DNA of 64,000 nucleotides from Savitreella phatthalungensis (GCA_051599415.1 AP039699.1:124001-188000), one strand, 5' to 3'. Shown: positions 1 to 12,012, numbered from the stretch's first letter. Made by a program: numbers and translations. The notes: a model not told the origin generated them from the letters alone.

Positions 1-910
1 AGTGTAGACGGTACCCAGAATGCCGATCCCTGAGGATGTGTGGGCCGTGTAGACGGGTTGAAGGGAGGAGGGGCGAATGTTGGACCCTGTGGTGATTGAT
101 TCAGTGTAGGTTCAGAGTATACTGTAGTTCGCTGCTAACTGCCACGTAGCGTAATTGACACTTGCTAGAGCGACGATAATAATTTTATTAAATCACGATT
201 ATAACGCGTCTCAATGCACGTCTAATATCGCGCTCCTTTTGATCTCATGGAACTTTCCTGAGCAACGCTCGCAGGATCAAATGTCAGAGCGAAGCAGTTA
301 ATTCCAGGTTTATAGATGTAGAGCTACAAGTATTCACGACGTGATCGAATTCAGAAGAATTGTGTCACTGCCATCAATGCACTGCATGGTGCATCGAGAA
401 TCATTTAGCCACCGACGTGCGTGGCACGGGATGTGGCTTAGCCTTATGCGGCGGGCCAGGGGCTGGGCATCTTGGCAGCGGCCCATGGGCTCTTCTAGTC
501 ACATGCAGTCCACTGGAATGAAATTGACTTGAATCCAGTATGGACTGTAGTCGGCAATTGTGGAATGGCACTGGACAACTCGGATACACGTTTCCAAATG
601 GACGCAGGGAATTTGAAATTCAAATTTCCCTGATCGCTCAACCTCAACGTATTCGCAGGCTGAGAACTGATCACTTTTGAGCATTCTATTGTCTGTGGTC
701 GAACTCGATACCTCGTGCATCCTCTACGCAGGTAGTGAGCCGTCTAGCGAGGCATCGAGCCAACCAGCAGTGCGTGCCAGGCCTGGCCTTGTGCTGCTCT
801 CAGAGCTTGCTTCCTGCAGGCACATCCTACCACAGATTAGGTTACGCATACACGTCCGTCACATTTTATCGCTTGCTAGAGCACAGAGCCCCAGCGCGAC
901 ACATATCAAC

Positions 911-1449
911 ATGGCAGAAGTTGTTCAGTGTAAGACTGCCCGCTCTGTAGTATCCGAGATGCAAGACGGCTGAGACTTTTTAATTATAGGCTTCGGCAAG
1001 AAGAAGACATCGACGGCAGTCGCTCACTGCCAGACCGGCAAGGGCCTGATCAAGATCAACGGCTCGCCCATCGACCTGCTCCAACCTGAGATCCTACGTC
1101 TCAAGGTCTACGAGCCAATCCTCATCATCGGCCTCGACAAGTTCGCCGGTGTTGACATCCGCTGCCGTGTCACTGGTGGTGGTCACGTCTCACAGGTCTA
1201 CGCCCTCCGCCAGGCTATCGCCAAGGCTATCGTCGCCTACTACCAGAAGTACGTTGACGAGCAGAGCAAGAACGAGCTCAAGAAGGCCTTGATCGCCTAC
1301 GACCGTTCCCTGCTCGTCGCCGACCCACGTCGTGCAGAGCCAAAGAAGCCCGGAGTAAGTTCAACGGACAGACGTTGTGATTGCGACAGTTTACTAACTC
1401 ACAACAGGGTAAGGGAGCTCGCTCTAAGCACCAGAAGTCGTACCGTTAA
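911..1449 (+). CDS. RPS16: 40S ribosomal protein S16 (uS9); exons 911-929, 990-1354, 1408-1449
   Basis: Manual splicing gives [18 protein letters not shown]...[18 protein letters not shown]...[24 protein letters not shown]. Introns are 930-989 (GTAAGA..TAG) and 1355-1407 (GTAAGT..TACTAAC..CAG). Confidence 0.96.
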
Positions 1450-1983
1450 AGACAAAACTTTCGGTCGACCTGGCTGTGGTCATTACATACGGCACTTTTC
1501 ATTCTCATCTGTCACGACCCCCCTTTCGTCTGTCTGGTATCTTGCTCATCCTTCTTTGACTTCGTCTTCTCCAGTGCTTCGTTCTACCGTGCCACCTTGG
1601 GCTTGTCTTAAACTGAACTGATTGATTTGACTTGAATCGGTCGGGAAATGAGGAAGCAACACAATTATTGGAGCTGTCTGAAGCGCTCGCGCACTGACTG
1701 AGAACCATTTTACGCATCTGATCCCAATGCAAAAGTCTTCAAATGGAGACCGTGTTCCTCAAAAGCCGGAGCTGAAATAGATTCTATGTATGGTACGTCG
1801 CTGCAGAACTGAAGTGTTGTAGAGTCTGTGCTGAGAACTGCTGCGTTGTTGTTGGTCGTGATAATGCTTGTGCCTTGCTCTTGCTGCACTCGGAAAGATG
1901 CGTCACCAGGCCCTATACCCTCACTGTCTTGGCACGTGAAGGTTTGAGATGGCAGCGCAAGCTGTTGCTGCTATCGGCGGTTC

Positions 1984-2424
1984 TTACATGGCGAACTTGT
2001 AGACAGCTGCCGCAAGGAGAGCGACAACGACGAGCATCAAACCGAAGCTACCGTTCGGGTTCGTTGACGTGCTCGTAGCCTGCTTAACTTGGGCCTTCGG
2101 CTTCACCGGCGCGTTTGGGTCCACCTTGACCGTGCCGATCAGCAATTTCTCGAGTTGTTCGCGCGCCTCATCGCTGTGGCCGACATCTTCGAACGCGTCA
2201 CTGGCGTCCTGACCGCCAACATCCAGGATCACCTCTTCGCCGCCAGGGTGCTCATCCAAGAACTTTGTCGCGTTGTAGACTACCGAGTCAGTTGACTTTC
2301 TTTTCAGGCTCTCCAGCAGTGAAATAAGGAGCGGATTTTACATACCTTTGTCGTGCACCACGATCCACACGTCGTCCTTACCCGTGTGCGCCTTGATCTC
2401 CTCTGCGGTGTATTCCTTCGACAT
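1984..2424 (-). CDS. CYB5: Cytochrome b5, tail-anchored; exons 2424-2346 and 2279-1984
   Basis: MSKEYTAEEIKAHTGKDDVWIVVHDK|VYNATKFLDEHPGG...FEDVGHS heme-binding motifs and a C-terminal TM helix. Intron 2345-2280 is GTATG..CTGAC..TAG. Confidence 0.95.
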
Positions 2425-3251
2425 GATAATTGTGAAAGAGGAGCAGGTCAAGTCGATTCTGTTCTTTTGTGCAGAAGGATATCAATACAGTGGTGCACAC
2501 GCGCGCTGTAGAAAGTTAGTTACTGCCTCTACACCAGTCGCCTCACCGGCTCCCCTGGATCTGGCGGCTCATCCATTCGACACTTTGGATATTTTTTTTT
2601 CGATATTGATCAGGTCTGGTCTGATTCACCCACAACTTGACCCGTGCTTGGCCCGAGAGAGTAATCAACATTACAGTATAGCTAGTGATCCACAGCCATT
2701 GATTGGAGTATTCTGATAGAGAACAGAATTTGATCGAACTTTCGGTAGCTATTACTATAAATCAATACCAACACGGATATTGGTATCCACTATCGATTGA
2801 TTGTCAGACAATTGAATTGCTATAGTTTACCCTGAATCAAATTAGCTTTACTCCCGTTCACATGCTTCTCGGATTTATTTTCTGAGGCTGCCATTCATAA
2901 TAAAGCGACGAGTATTCTAGGGATTAGCGAATTCTGGGCTCAAATGCAGAAGAAAGTGAGGGAGGCCGAATTTCATCATTGATGAACCGGCAGAGGCCGT
3001 CCGTCCATTGTAGTCTAAATCAGTGTACCACCAGATACACTGCCAAGGGATTTCCACCGAAATAGTGGAGCCGAAGAGACCACGTCCTCGGCTGTCTATG
3101 GCGTGCCAGAGTCTGCCGTACATTGCTCAAGGCTTGATCTCAAGTGGGCTATTACTAATATACCCGGGCAGTCATCTGGGTACATTAGCCAGCATTTTCC
3201 AATCTTTAATCTGACATCTTACGCAAATCTTGACTACTTCATCAGACCATC

Positions 3252-4310
3252 ATGTCAGTGCCTGCATCGTTCAAAGCAGTCATCGTGGCAGAGAAGCCAA
3301 CGAAAGATATCACCTCCTCCACATTTAAGCTCGTGACCAAGGATTTACCGGCACCAGCAAATGATCAGCTCGTCGTCAAGACGCTTTTCCTTTCTAATGA
3401 CCCTGCTCAGAAGACATGGATTCAGAAGGGGAGTGACCCGGAACGTGCATATATCAAGTTGCCTAATGAGGGCGACGTGATGCCAGCACGTGGTCTTGCA
3501 GAAGTTGTCGCAGCTGGGCCAGAAGCGAAGAAATACAAGGTCGGTGACAGAGTGACCGGTACCGTAGGCTGGGCTGAGTACGCCCTCGTTTCAGAGTCAG
3601 ACGTCAACCCGGCTCCCGCAATCCCCGGACTGCCACCGACGGTAGCACTCGGCACACTCGGCTCTGTAGGTCTGACTGCACATTACGGCCTGCTGTCAGT
3701 CGGAGGGGCCAACGCAGATACAAAGACCGTCGTGGTCTCTGGCGCTGCCGGAGCTACCGGTTCGCTCGTCGTCCAGATCGCAAAAAATGTGGTTGGCGTA
3801 GCGCGAGTCATCGGATTGGCCGGTGGGGGTGAGAAGTGCAAATACGTCGAGTCAATCGGAGCAGATGTGTGCATTGACTACAAAGACCCGTCCTGGCAGG
3901 AAAAGTTGCGGGAAGCGGTTGGTAAGCCTGGCGCAGATATTTACTACGACAACGTCGGTGGCGAAATCCTCGACGCCATGTTCCCACTTATCAAGCGCTA
4001 CGGTACAATTGTTGCATGTGGCGCCATCTCATCCTACAACGATCTCGGCGCCGGAGTGACCTTCAAGAACTACTTCGAGGTCATTTCGAACCGCATTCAT
4101 ATCAAGGGCTTCATCGTCCTCGATGCTGCTCAAGACTTCCCGCAGATGATCGGCGAGCTTGCCGGATGGATCAAGCAGGGCAAGATCAAGGTCGAGCAGG
4201 GCAAGAGCGAGACCCTGAAGCAGGCCACCATTGATCAAGTCCCAGAGATCTTCAAGCTGCTCTTCTCTGGTGGCAATTCAGGCAAACTCATCACCGAGAT
4301 CGTTCACTAA
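3252..4310 (+). CDS. NADP-dependent oxidoreductase, MDR family (prostaglandin/alkenal reductase-like)
   Basis: LSNDPA, GLTAHYGL, VVSGAAGATGS, YYDNVGG and CGAISSYN motifs; 352 aa. Confidence 0.92.
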   Translation: MSVPASFKAVIVAEKPTKDITSSTFKLVTKDLPAPANDQLVVKTLFLSNDPAQKTWIQKGSDPERAYIKLPNEGDVMPARGLAEVVAAGPEAKKYKVGDRVTGTVGWAEYALVSESDVNPAPAIPGLPPTVALGTLGSVGLTAHYGLLSVGGANADTKTVVVSGAAGATGSLVVQIAKNVVGVARVIGLAGGGEKCKYVESIGADVCIDYKDPSWQEKLREAVGKPGADIYYDNVGGEILDAMFPLIKRYGTIVACGAISSYNDLGAGVTFKNYFEVISNRIHIKGFIVLDAAQDFPQMIGELAGWIKQGKIKVEQGKSETLKQATIDQVPEIFKLLFSGGNSGKLITEIVH

Positions 4311-4796
4311 AAAGTCTGTACCCCAGACCGTCTGTCGCAATGCCAGTGGCAATGCCAGATGCATGTCGGGTGAAAATCTTCGCACTATAGGTTTATACGG
4401 AGTTCGCAACTATCCATGACATCTTAGCATTATGCGTCGCTCACGAGAGCTGTTCATAGCCAGTCGTCGAGCCGCTTGACATGCATTTGACCAAGTGCTG
4501 CATACTGAATGCATGTGACTAGACAGCTGTGCATGTGGATGCAGAAACATAAATGCCATTATCCTTCCCATACTGTAAATCTCGCGTGTGCGTCGCGTGC
4601 GGGGGGCACAAATAAATCAAGTCCTGTGTCTTTGGGACGCTCGACATATTAGATAGATTCAGAGCACTCACTCGATCGGACAAGGCAGTTTGCGAACTCA
4701 GGAAGCTCGTAATTGTCGATTGTCTCTAATCGGAGCCAATCCAGGGGGTTGGCTTTCGGCGGTAGATTACCAGCACTTGGACAGTGCTGCGCAGAA

Positions 4797-6140
4797 ATGC
4801 GCTTCATAACGCGCGCAGTTATTGTCGCAGCAGCTATAGTGGGGCTCCTGCTACTTTCGCGCGCAGACGTCGATTGGACGGGTAGAGATTCAGCATTCAG
4901 CGAGCAGCTCAACAAATGGCGGGCAGGTTTGACCTCTGATGGGTTTGCCGCGGGCTCGACCACATCATCTGCAGGCAAATCACGCCCTGGCATTGACAAC
5001 TTCTCCGGGTGGTCGCAATGTACAGGCGAAGGTGGACCCGACAATCAGCACACACTCATCAAGTCTATTAAGGGGGGAGAATACTTCAAACTCGACTTTG
5101 GCGACAAGTTTGTGAGCAATCCAAATATTCTACCGGACCCAAAGCGTCCCGGCCACTTCATCATGGCAGCCCAGGAGGTTTCTGATGGCTCGTATATGGC
5201 AACCTATGCGTGCGAGGCATCATGGCGATCAGACGGGGTGCTCTCTTGCGACAAAAATCCAACGAAGTTGCCGATCGTTCCGGATGACTCCGGCAAGTGC
5301 TATACACACCCGATTCTGGAAAACATCAAGGGTGGTCGAGACTTGCGATTGTTTTGGGGACCTGACACACCGTACGTCGTCTACGGCACACAGTCACGCC
5401 ACGCATGCTTTGGTCTCGCCATTCAGAACTTCCGCGAATTGTACCCTTCGTTCGACGAGCACAAGGCAGAAGATCCGTTCAAGGAGCACACCGAGCTTGA
5501 CAGGCCGTTTCCGCGTGCGGAGGTGGAGAAGAACTGGTTCGTCTTCTGGGACGCTGACGACAAGCAGTTTGTCCATCACGATATCTGGCCCGAGCGCGTC
5601 TTTGCCGAGCTGCATGACGACGGCAGCGTCTCGCGACCGATCGCCCGCCGTGCAAAGGACGACTTTGCGTGCATGGAGAAGCACATGCCAGAAGTTGCTC
5701 CCGAGCTCGAATCCATCCACCAATCCACAAACGCACTGAAGGTGACGTTGTGCAAGCGAGGGGAGTGCGTGCCTTCGAGTGACAACACGGTGCTGCTGTC
5801 GATCTTCCAGTACAAGACTTTCTATCGGTACCACGCCCTGTACGAGCCCTACCTGTTCCTCTATTCCCAGGACGCACCCTACGAGCTGATCGGGATGTCG
5901 AAACGGGCATTGTGGATCGATGGCCGTGGTCTGACGGACAAACCGCAGTGGGTAGAGTTCGGAGACACGGCCATGTTCTACATCGTCTCGATGACCTGGA
6001 AAACTCACGGCAACCAGTATCACGGCTTCCTCGACGACGAGATCTTCCTCAACTTTGGCATCGAGGATACCTCGGCAGGAGCGATCGATATCAAGGCTTC
6101 TGATCTCCTGCAATGTCTCATCAAATGCGGCAGTCCGTGA
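4797..6140 (+). CDS. Uncharacterised N-terminally anchored (type II membrane/secreted) protein, possibly a beta-propeller glycosyltransferase/phosphorylase-like enzyme
   Basis: First ATG is at 4797, followed by hydrophobic MRFITRAVIVAAAIVGLLLL. Long ORF with GGRDLR and EKNW motifs and several Cys. Confidence 0.75.
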   Translation: MRFITRAVIVAAAIVGLLLLSRADVDWTGRDSAFSEQLNKWRAGLTSDGFAAGSTTSSAGKSRPGIDNFSGWSQCTGEGGPDNQHTLIKSIKGGEYFKLDFGDKFVSNPNILPDPKRPGHFIMAAQEVSDGSYMATYACEASWRSDGVLSCDKNPTKLPIVPDDSGKCYTHPILENIKGGRDLRLFWGPDTPYVVYGTQSRHACFGLAIQNFRELYPSFDEHKAEDPFKEHTELDRPFPRAEVEKNWFVFWDADDKQFVHHDIWPERVFAELHDDGSVSRPIARRAKDDFACMEKHMPEVAPELESIHQSTNALKVTLCKRGECVPSSDNTVLLSIFQYKTFYRYHALYEPYLFLYSQDAPYELIGMSKRALWIDGRGLTDKPQWVEFGDTAMFYIVSMTWKTHGNQYHGFLDDEIFLNFGIEDTSAGAIDIKASDLLQCLIKCGSP

Positions 6141-7577
6141 TTACCGTGGACGAGACTTTCCAGTGGCGCAAAAGCACGTATATAGAAACATAGGTACAGA
6201 CCCCTTGTGGACAGACGATATGCAGGTCAAATGTCATGATGAGCAAGCACGTGTTGTCGCATGACCAGACTATAATCTGCATCGTCTCGGTGAAGGCTAG
6301 CTTTTGAGCAGATTCCAGTATGATTAAGCCGATGGAAGCGCCAATACAGAGCATGATCTACAGCATGACGGAGCACAAGAATGTGAATTTATGCGAAAGC
6401 AACGGATAAGTCGCTGGAAATGATACGATTGGCCGATCTTGACAATCTCCGGCAATAAATCGATTTGTGTTTTGTCTATAGTATCCTTTCATCCCGACTA
6501 AAATATATGCAGATTGCAAAAAGAGTGAAAAGTGAGGAGCTCATTCAATATTCCAACTCGGGCCTATTTCCAAGCTGGTCGATCATGAATCAATACAATC
6601 AATCACTTTTCTAGTTCAGGCAATCAACGGACCCCATGGCGTAGCAGCATCGAGATCGTCGTGCAATCGATTAGATTTAATGAATCTGGATTGACGGCTT
6701 GATGATACTCTTGATGCAGATCCCTTTCTGACATACGTAGGTGTGGACGTCTATTTACCAGCGATTCTGATCGAGTGAGACTTTCTCTTGATAAATGAGT
6801 GAAAACATTAACAAGATTGAGTTAATATGAATCAGTTTAGTGAGTGCATTGTTTGACTTTTACTATTGCGCAGTGCTCACTGTTTCAGATCCAAGAGTCC
6901 GAAGATTGCATGCTGCTTGCGGCTCGGATTCTTGAGGTCTGCAAGACGATATCACCATTCAAAGCGATCATGTCTTAAAAGCTTCATTGGAGAGTGTAGA
7001 GTTTGAACGTTTTTTATCTTTGTAGTGTAGTAGTCTAGTCTGGTCAGGAGAGGAAGCCGAAATCAAAACAAAAAAGGAAGAGGCAGACAGACAGTGAGAT
7101 CAACATCAATCGAGACCAGATTAGGTTGTCCGAATCCTCGGCTGATCTAGTCTGACAATTAATTCGGGAGCCCGAGCTAAGTAGAATCTATGGCCCTGGT
7201 TCGGTTCAGACAGCGGCGTTCATTTCGACCGTACTATGTTCGCAATCTAATGCTGGATCTGAATCTTTTCGAACCTTCTCATCTTGGTTTAAATTGATAT
7301 TGTTGTGGAGCAAATGAAGCTATGGCTGTGTGATGTGACCCGGTCAGCCTCAGCACTCTTAGACAGAAGCTCGGCTTACATAGATCCATCAGTTCGATAG
7401 TGTACTCAATCGGTCGATTCAAGACGGCTGAATTCACTCCGAGCCTAATACAAGCTAATGTCGGGTGAATAGTATAATAAACTTTGCATATGCACAGATT
7501 CACACTTTTGTGTTTGCACACATGTGTTTGACTGCATCCGCTCGCCATTTTTCGTATGAAATGAATTGTGTCAATAT

Positions 7578-7660
7578 TCTTTCTCTCACTCTTCCTCTAT
7601 CTCTTTCTCTCTATCTCTTTCTCTCTCTCTCATTCCCTCATTCTCTCTCTCTCTGTGTCT
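7578..7660 (+). repeat. CT-rich microsatellite-like tract upstream of the STE20 leader
   Basis: Imperfect (CT)n run; a second tract lies near 7920-7947. Confidence 0.8.
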
Positions 7661-8169
7661 CTCGCTACGATATACAGAAACCAAAACTATAAACCGAAAT
7701 CTCCATTGCAACAACGTGCCTATACACTACAAACTATACACAGCTAGCGCCATCGACTTTCGTCATTCAAACAACAGCTGAGGCCAACAAAAGCTGATAG
7801 ACAGGCCTGTAGAGATACTCTACACAATCAGCTACTACAGTAAAGTCATCGCATCAATCCTCCCAACGCGACATTCTCATACCACGACCGACTGAGAGCA
7901 TCTGTTTTCGTGCTCAAGTTCTCTTTCTCTCTCTCTCTCCATCTCTAGCTCACAGTTCACAACTTTGACCTGCAGCCAATCTTCGCAACAACATCAACAG
8001 GTCCCAGCACCCGGTCGCCAATTCAAACTCTCTCAGATTCTATAGTCTTCTTCACGCGACAAGACTCACCGCGAGCTTGCGCTTCTTTTCCACTTCCAAC
8101 GACTCCCTCGCATCGATTGTCCATACATAAACAATTTGTCGAATGCAGTCCATCGGATCACACTGAGCC

Positions 8170-10808
8170 ATGCCAAGAGGTAACAGACTCTCAGGCAGGT
8201 CAACACCGCCGAATGATCTTCCTCAGTCGCCTTATCACCTCTCACCAAAGTACCCAGTCTCAAGCAGGGTCTCGCCCGTCCAGACAGTCGAGAGCGCTTC
8301 CCAACATCGAGCCGCCCCAAACGCTGATGCTGCTCGCAATAGGTCACTGTCTCGATCAATTATGAACACAGATGCAGGTCACGCACGTCAAACCGCGCGG
8401 CCGCTCGACATTAGTGCTCCGCTCCAAACAGCTCGTGCGGCTGACATCATCCACGAATTACCAATCTCGGAACTGCGACCCCAACGGTCAGCACCAAAGC
8501 CTCCCACACGGGCTGCTTCCGCCAACACAGTGTCCATAGCTGCTGATCCTAATGGTGCTGCTGAAACACGCAGGACACATGCAGGCGCGACCGTCGAAGC
8601 TGCTGCAACATCGGTGCAACGTGCCTTCCCGCCTGAAGAGACGCCAAAGTTCTCTGCCGACAGAGCGACCATTACCAGACAGATGTCAGTCGGCCATATC
8701 AATGCAGCAGGCGCCGCCGTTGCAAATCCACAGGGTAGACCAAATCTGGCGAAACGCGCTTCTGACAGCCACGGCGTCGACAAGAACGGTCATACGTTTG
8801 GAGGATCGCGCGCCGCACATCAACAGTTTCACGAAAGCAATTCAACTTCACAGCAACCATTCCGCATCCCGACCAGACAGCGTGACTTGCCTATGCAACA
8901 TTCCAGACCTGCTCCGCCGGCACCCTCTGCATCAAAAGCCTCGAACGCATCCAATCTTGGGTTTGGCTCAAGTATCTCTACAGCGCAGACTTCCGGCTCA
9001 GTCATGTCGCCGTTGGCTCTCGCTAATGCTTCGCTTTCGGGTACCCGACACTCCTCACCTGCATCGCAAAAGTCCGCTTCAACTCGAGCGAGTATCGGCA
9101 CGAAGAAAGGGTTCAAATCACTCATCAACGGTATGTCGAATCTCGGTAGCAATGGCAACAATGGCAGTTCGAACGGCGCAGGACGAAAACTCGAGATCGG
9201 CACCCCATACGACGCAGTCCACGTCACGCACGTCGGATTCGATTTCGAGTCGGGCGAGTTCACAGGCTTGCCGTCCGAATGGCAGAAACTCTTGTCGGAC
9301 TCGGGCATCTCTAATGCCGAGCAGCAGCGCAACCCACAAGCTGTCATGGACATCGTAAAGTTCTATCAGGACTCGAACAGGAAGAGCGAAGATGATGAAG
9401 TTTGGGAGAAGTTGGCTGGACCAGCAAAAGTGCAAGGTCCAAGTTCGCTCTCATCCGGCCGAAGCAGCGGTTCGGAGAGCTTGCAGCGTCCTTCTACGGC
9501 CACCACCGCGACCACAACCACCACTTCGACCTCAGCCAGAATGGCAGATCGACCTACGGGACTCGGCATCAGCAGCTACGCTCTACCACCAGGCCGCAAC
9601 ACAAATGTCCAGCCCGTCAACCCCGCAGCAGCGTCTGCAGTTGTTCAGCCTGACAAGCTCGTTGCAAGCAAATCGAGTGCCGCTGGCAGACGAGACGAGT
9701 ACGTCGTTGATGCCGACAAGAGCGAGACACCTTCGCCAGTCATGCCTAGCAATGAGTTTGCTCGAGTCGTAGCCCCACCGAGCAAGCCGCCTGTCCCTCG
9801 TACCACAGATTTGACAAAACTCAAGAATGCTTCGACAGCGGACTCTTCCGTACCGGTCCCTCCTGGAGTCGCTCACCGCCGCAGACATCGCTCCACGAAA
9901 TCTGACGCACAAGTCGTCGCCCGGCTGAACGAGATCTGTAACCCGGATGACCCCACCAAGGCATATCACTCACTCGTCAAGATTGGTCAGGGCGCTTCGG
10001 GTGGTGTCTACACTGCATACCAGAATGGCAGCAACCGGTGTGTGGCCATCAAGCAGATGAACCTTGAGAAGCAGCCGAAGAAGGATCTGATCATCAACGA
10101 GATTATCGTGATGAAAAACAGCCGCCACGACAACATTGTCAACTACATCGATTCGCATCTCTTCAGGGGTGACTTGTGGGTTATCATGGAGTACATGGAA
10201 GGAGGCTCGTTGACTGAGGTCGTTACCTCCAACATCCTCACCGAAGGACAAATTGCAGCCGTCTGCTACGAGACGCTCTGTGGCCTACGTCATTTGCATT
10301 CAAGAGGCGTGATTCATCGCGACATCAAATCCGACAATATCCTGCTCTCATTAGACGGCGACATCAAACTCACCGATTTTGGCTTCTGCGCGCAAATGGG
10401 AGACGCGACAGGCAGTACAGCAACTGCGAAGCGCACGACCATGGTCGGTACACCATATTGGATGGCGCCGGAAGTTGTGACTCGCAAGGAATACGGGCTC
10501 CAAGGTGGACATTTGGTCGTCGCTTTGGCATCATGGCGATCGAGATGATCGAAGGCGAACCACCATACCTCAATGAAAATCCACTCCGAGCTCTATACCT
10601 AATTGCTACGAACGGGACACCCAAGATCAACAATGCCGATCAGCTCTCCCCCATCTTCCGCGACTTTCTCGGTCAATGTCTACAAGTAGATGTCGATAAG
10701 CGACCCGCGAGTGAGCAGCTCCTCAACCATGCCTTCCTCGCCGCGCGAGAACCATTGATTACCCTCGCACCGCTCATCAAGCTTGCGAAGGATCAATCTA
10801 GAAGATAG
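8170..10808 (+). CDS. STE20: PAK/Ste20 family kinase (CRIB + kinase), reading frame broken at about 10495-10527 in this sequence
   Basis: [20 protein letters not shown]; kinase motifs [32 protein letters not shown]. The C-terminal half [14 protein letters not shown]...LAPLIKLAK (G-beta-binding-like) is in another frame. No PH domain is evident. Confidence 0.92.
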
Positions 10809-11103
10809 CATATGCACATGGCATGTATCGGCCCTCTGCATCAATAACAATCCACCTGGATCGCACCCTTGCTTGAAGTTGATCCTGCATGTGCGCACCA
10901 CCTCTGTCAAAGTGTGAGTAAATCTTCGTTTTTCAGCTCATTGGCTGCCCAATCGAGAACTGTAATTTACAGGTTACGTGACATCATAAAGCGATCAATC
11001 CAAAATATCGAGTCAGTCCATCAGAGCATTAAGATCTGCAGCGTCTAGTCTGGTTAAGCAGTGCAGTCAATCGGTCTCGCTGGAAACGGAGCATCCTGAG
11101 TGT

Positions 11104-12012
11104 ATGAACGGTGCAGTGACTCGGCTTGCAAGGACATCAAGACACCTGCGGAGAAACAAGATGAGCACGACTGCGAACACACCGAAGGGCGATGCTGCCA
11201 TCAACCCGCCATGGAAAGCAAAGTTCCAGTCTGTGCTGGGAGAGAACATGAAGCAAGGCAACAAAGACTCTCTCAATCTTCAGCTCGCTACTCTGCCCAC
11301 AAAAGAAGGCATCGACAGTGGCCGTCCTCGTCCAAGCGTGCGCACATGTGTATTCCGTGGATTTGTGGGGCAGCCACGTAAGCCTGACGATGAGCCGACG
11401 GGCGGCAACCCGATCAAGGACGTCTCGTCGTCTCTCGTGGTTGTTTCCACGGACAGACTCATGCTCAAGGCACTCCAAGTGGCAGACCAGCAGTCTCGTG
11501 TGGATGCGTCCAAGAACCATTTCCCCAACGGCTTCGAAGCGGTATGGTGGCATCAGGGCACCCAGGAACAGCTCAGGTTTGCAGGCCGTGCATGGCTCTT
11601 GCTCCCCGAGGGTCATGATAACTCTCACTTCCCAGGAGATGCTCTGAAGAAGCAGTACATCGAGGTGCCAGCACAGCACGAGGCAGAGTGGACTTGGGAA
11701 TCCGAGCGTCGACGCCAGTTCGCTAAGCATTCACCCGGGCTCAGAGGCTCATTCCAGGCGCCACATCCCGCCTCGAAGCGTACGCAGGAGGCAAGCAAGG
11801 AGATTGAGAAGTGTACGGAAGTCGCTGGGTCCGTCGAGGAAGCCGAGTCCGATGAGGCAAAGCGGCAGGTCAAGGAAGCCCTTGACAGATTCAGTCTGCT
11901 CATCCTAGAGGTCGAGGAAGTCGACTATCTCAAGGTCGCTCCACCTCCTCAGCGTGTCAGATGGACTCTCTCAGCCAATGGTCAGTGGGAGGAGCAGGAG
12001 CTGTGCCCCTGA
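11104..12012 (+). CDS. Pyridoxamine 5'-phosphate oxidase-like FMN-binding split-barrel protein (start may be ATG 11161)
   Basis: QLAT..PSVRTCVFRGF, STDRLMLK, EAVWW..TQEQLRFAG and EVDYL motifs. Confidence 0.8.
   Translation: MNGAVTRLARTSRHLRRNKMSTTANTPKGDAAINPPWKAKFQSVLGENMKQGNKDSLNLQLATLPTKEGIDSGRPRPSVRTCVFRGFVGQPRKPDDEPTGGNPIKDVSSSLVVVSTDRLMLKALQVADQQSRVDASKNHFPNGFEAVWWHQGTQEQLRFAGRAWLLLPEGHDNSHFPGDALKKQYIEVPAQHEAEWTWESERRRQFAKHSPGLRGSFQAPHPASKRTQEASKEIEKCTEVAGSVEEAESDEAKRQVKEALDRFSLLILEVEEVDYLKVAPPPQRVRWTLSANGQWEEQELCP

Noticed and set aside
856..863. CCGTCACA, a near match to the Homol-D box (CAGTCACA) upstream of RPS16
   Set aside because: One mismatch in an 8-mer and a single instance; not distinguishable from chance.
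2917..3123. 68-aa minus-strand ORF as another possible relic
   Set aside because: The frame closes with several stops soon after, and there is no signal or Cys pattern.
6121..6354. 77-aa hydrophobic minus-strand ORF
   Set aside because: Short, overlaps the 3' end of the neighbouring gene, and has no recognisable motif.
6700..6770. TGATGA...CTGA as a box C/D snoRNA
   Set aside because: No terminal stem and no rRNA-complementary guide that I could identify.
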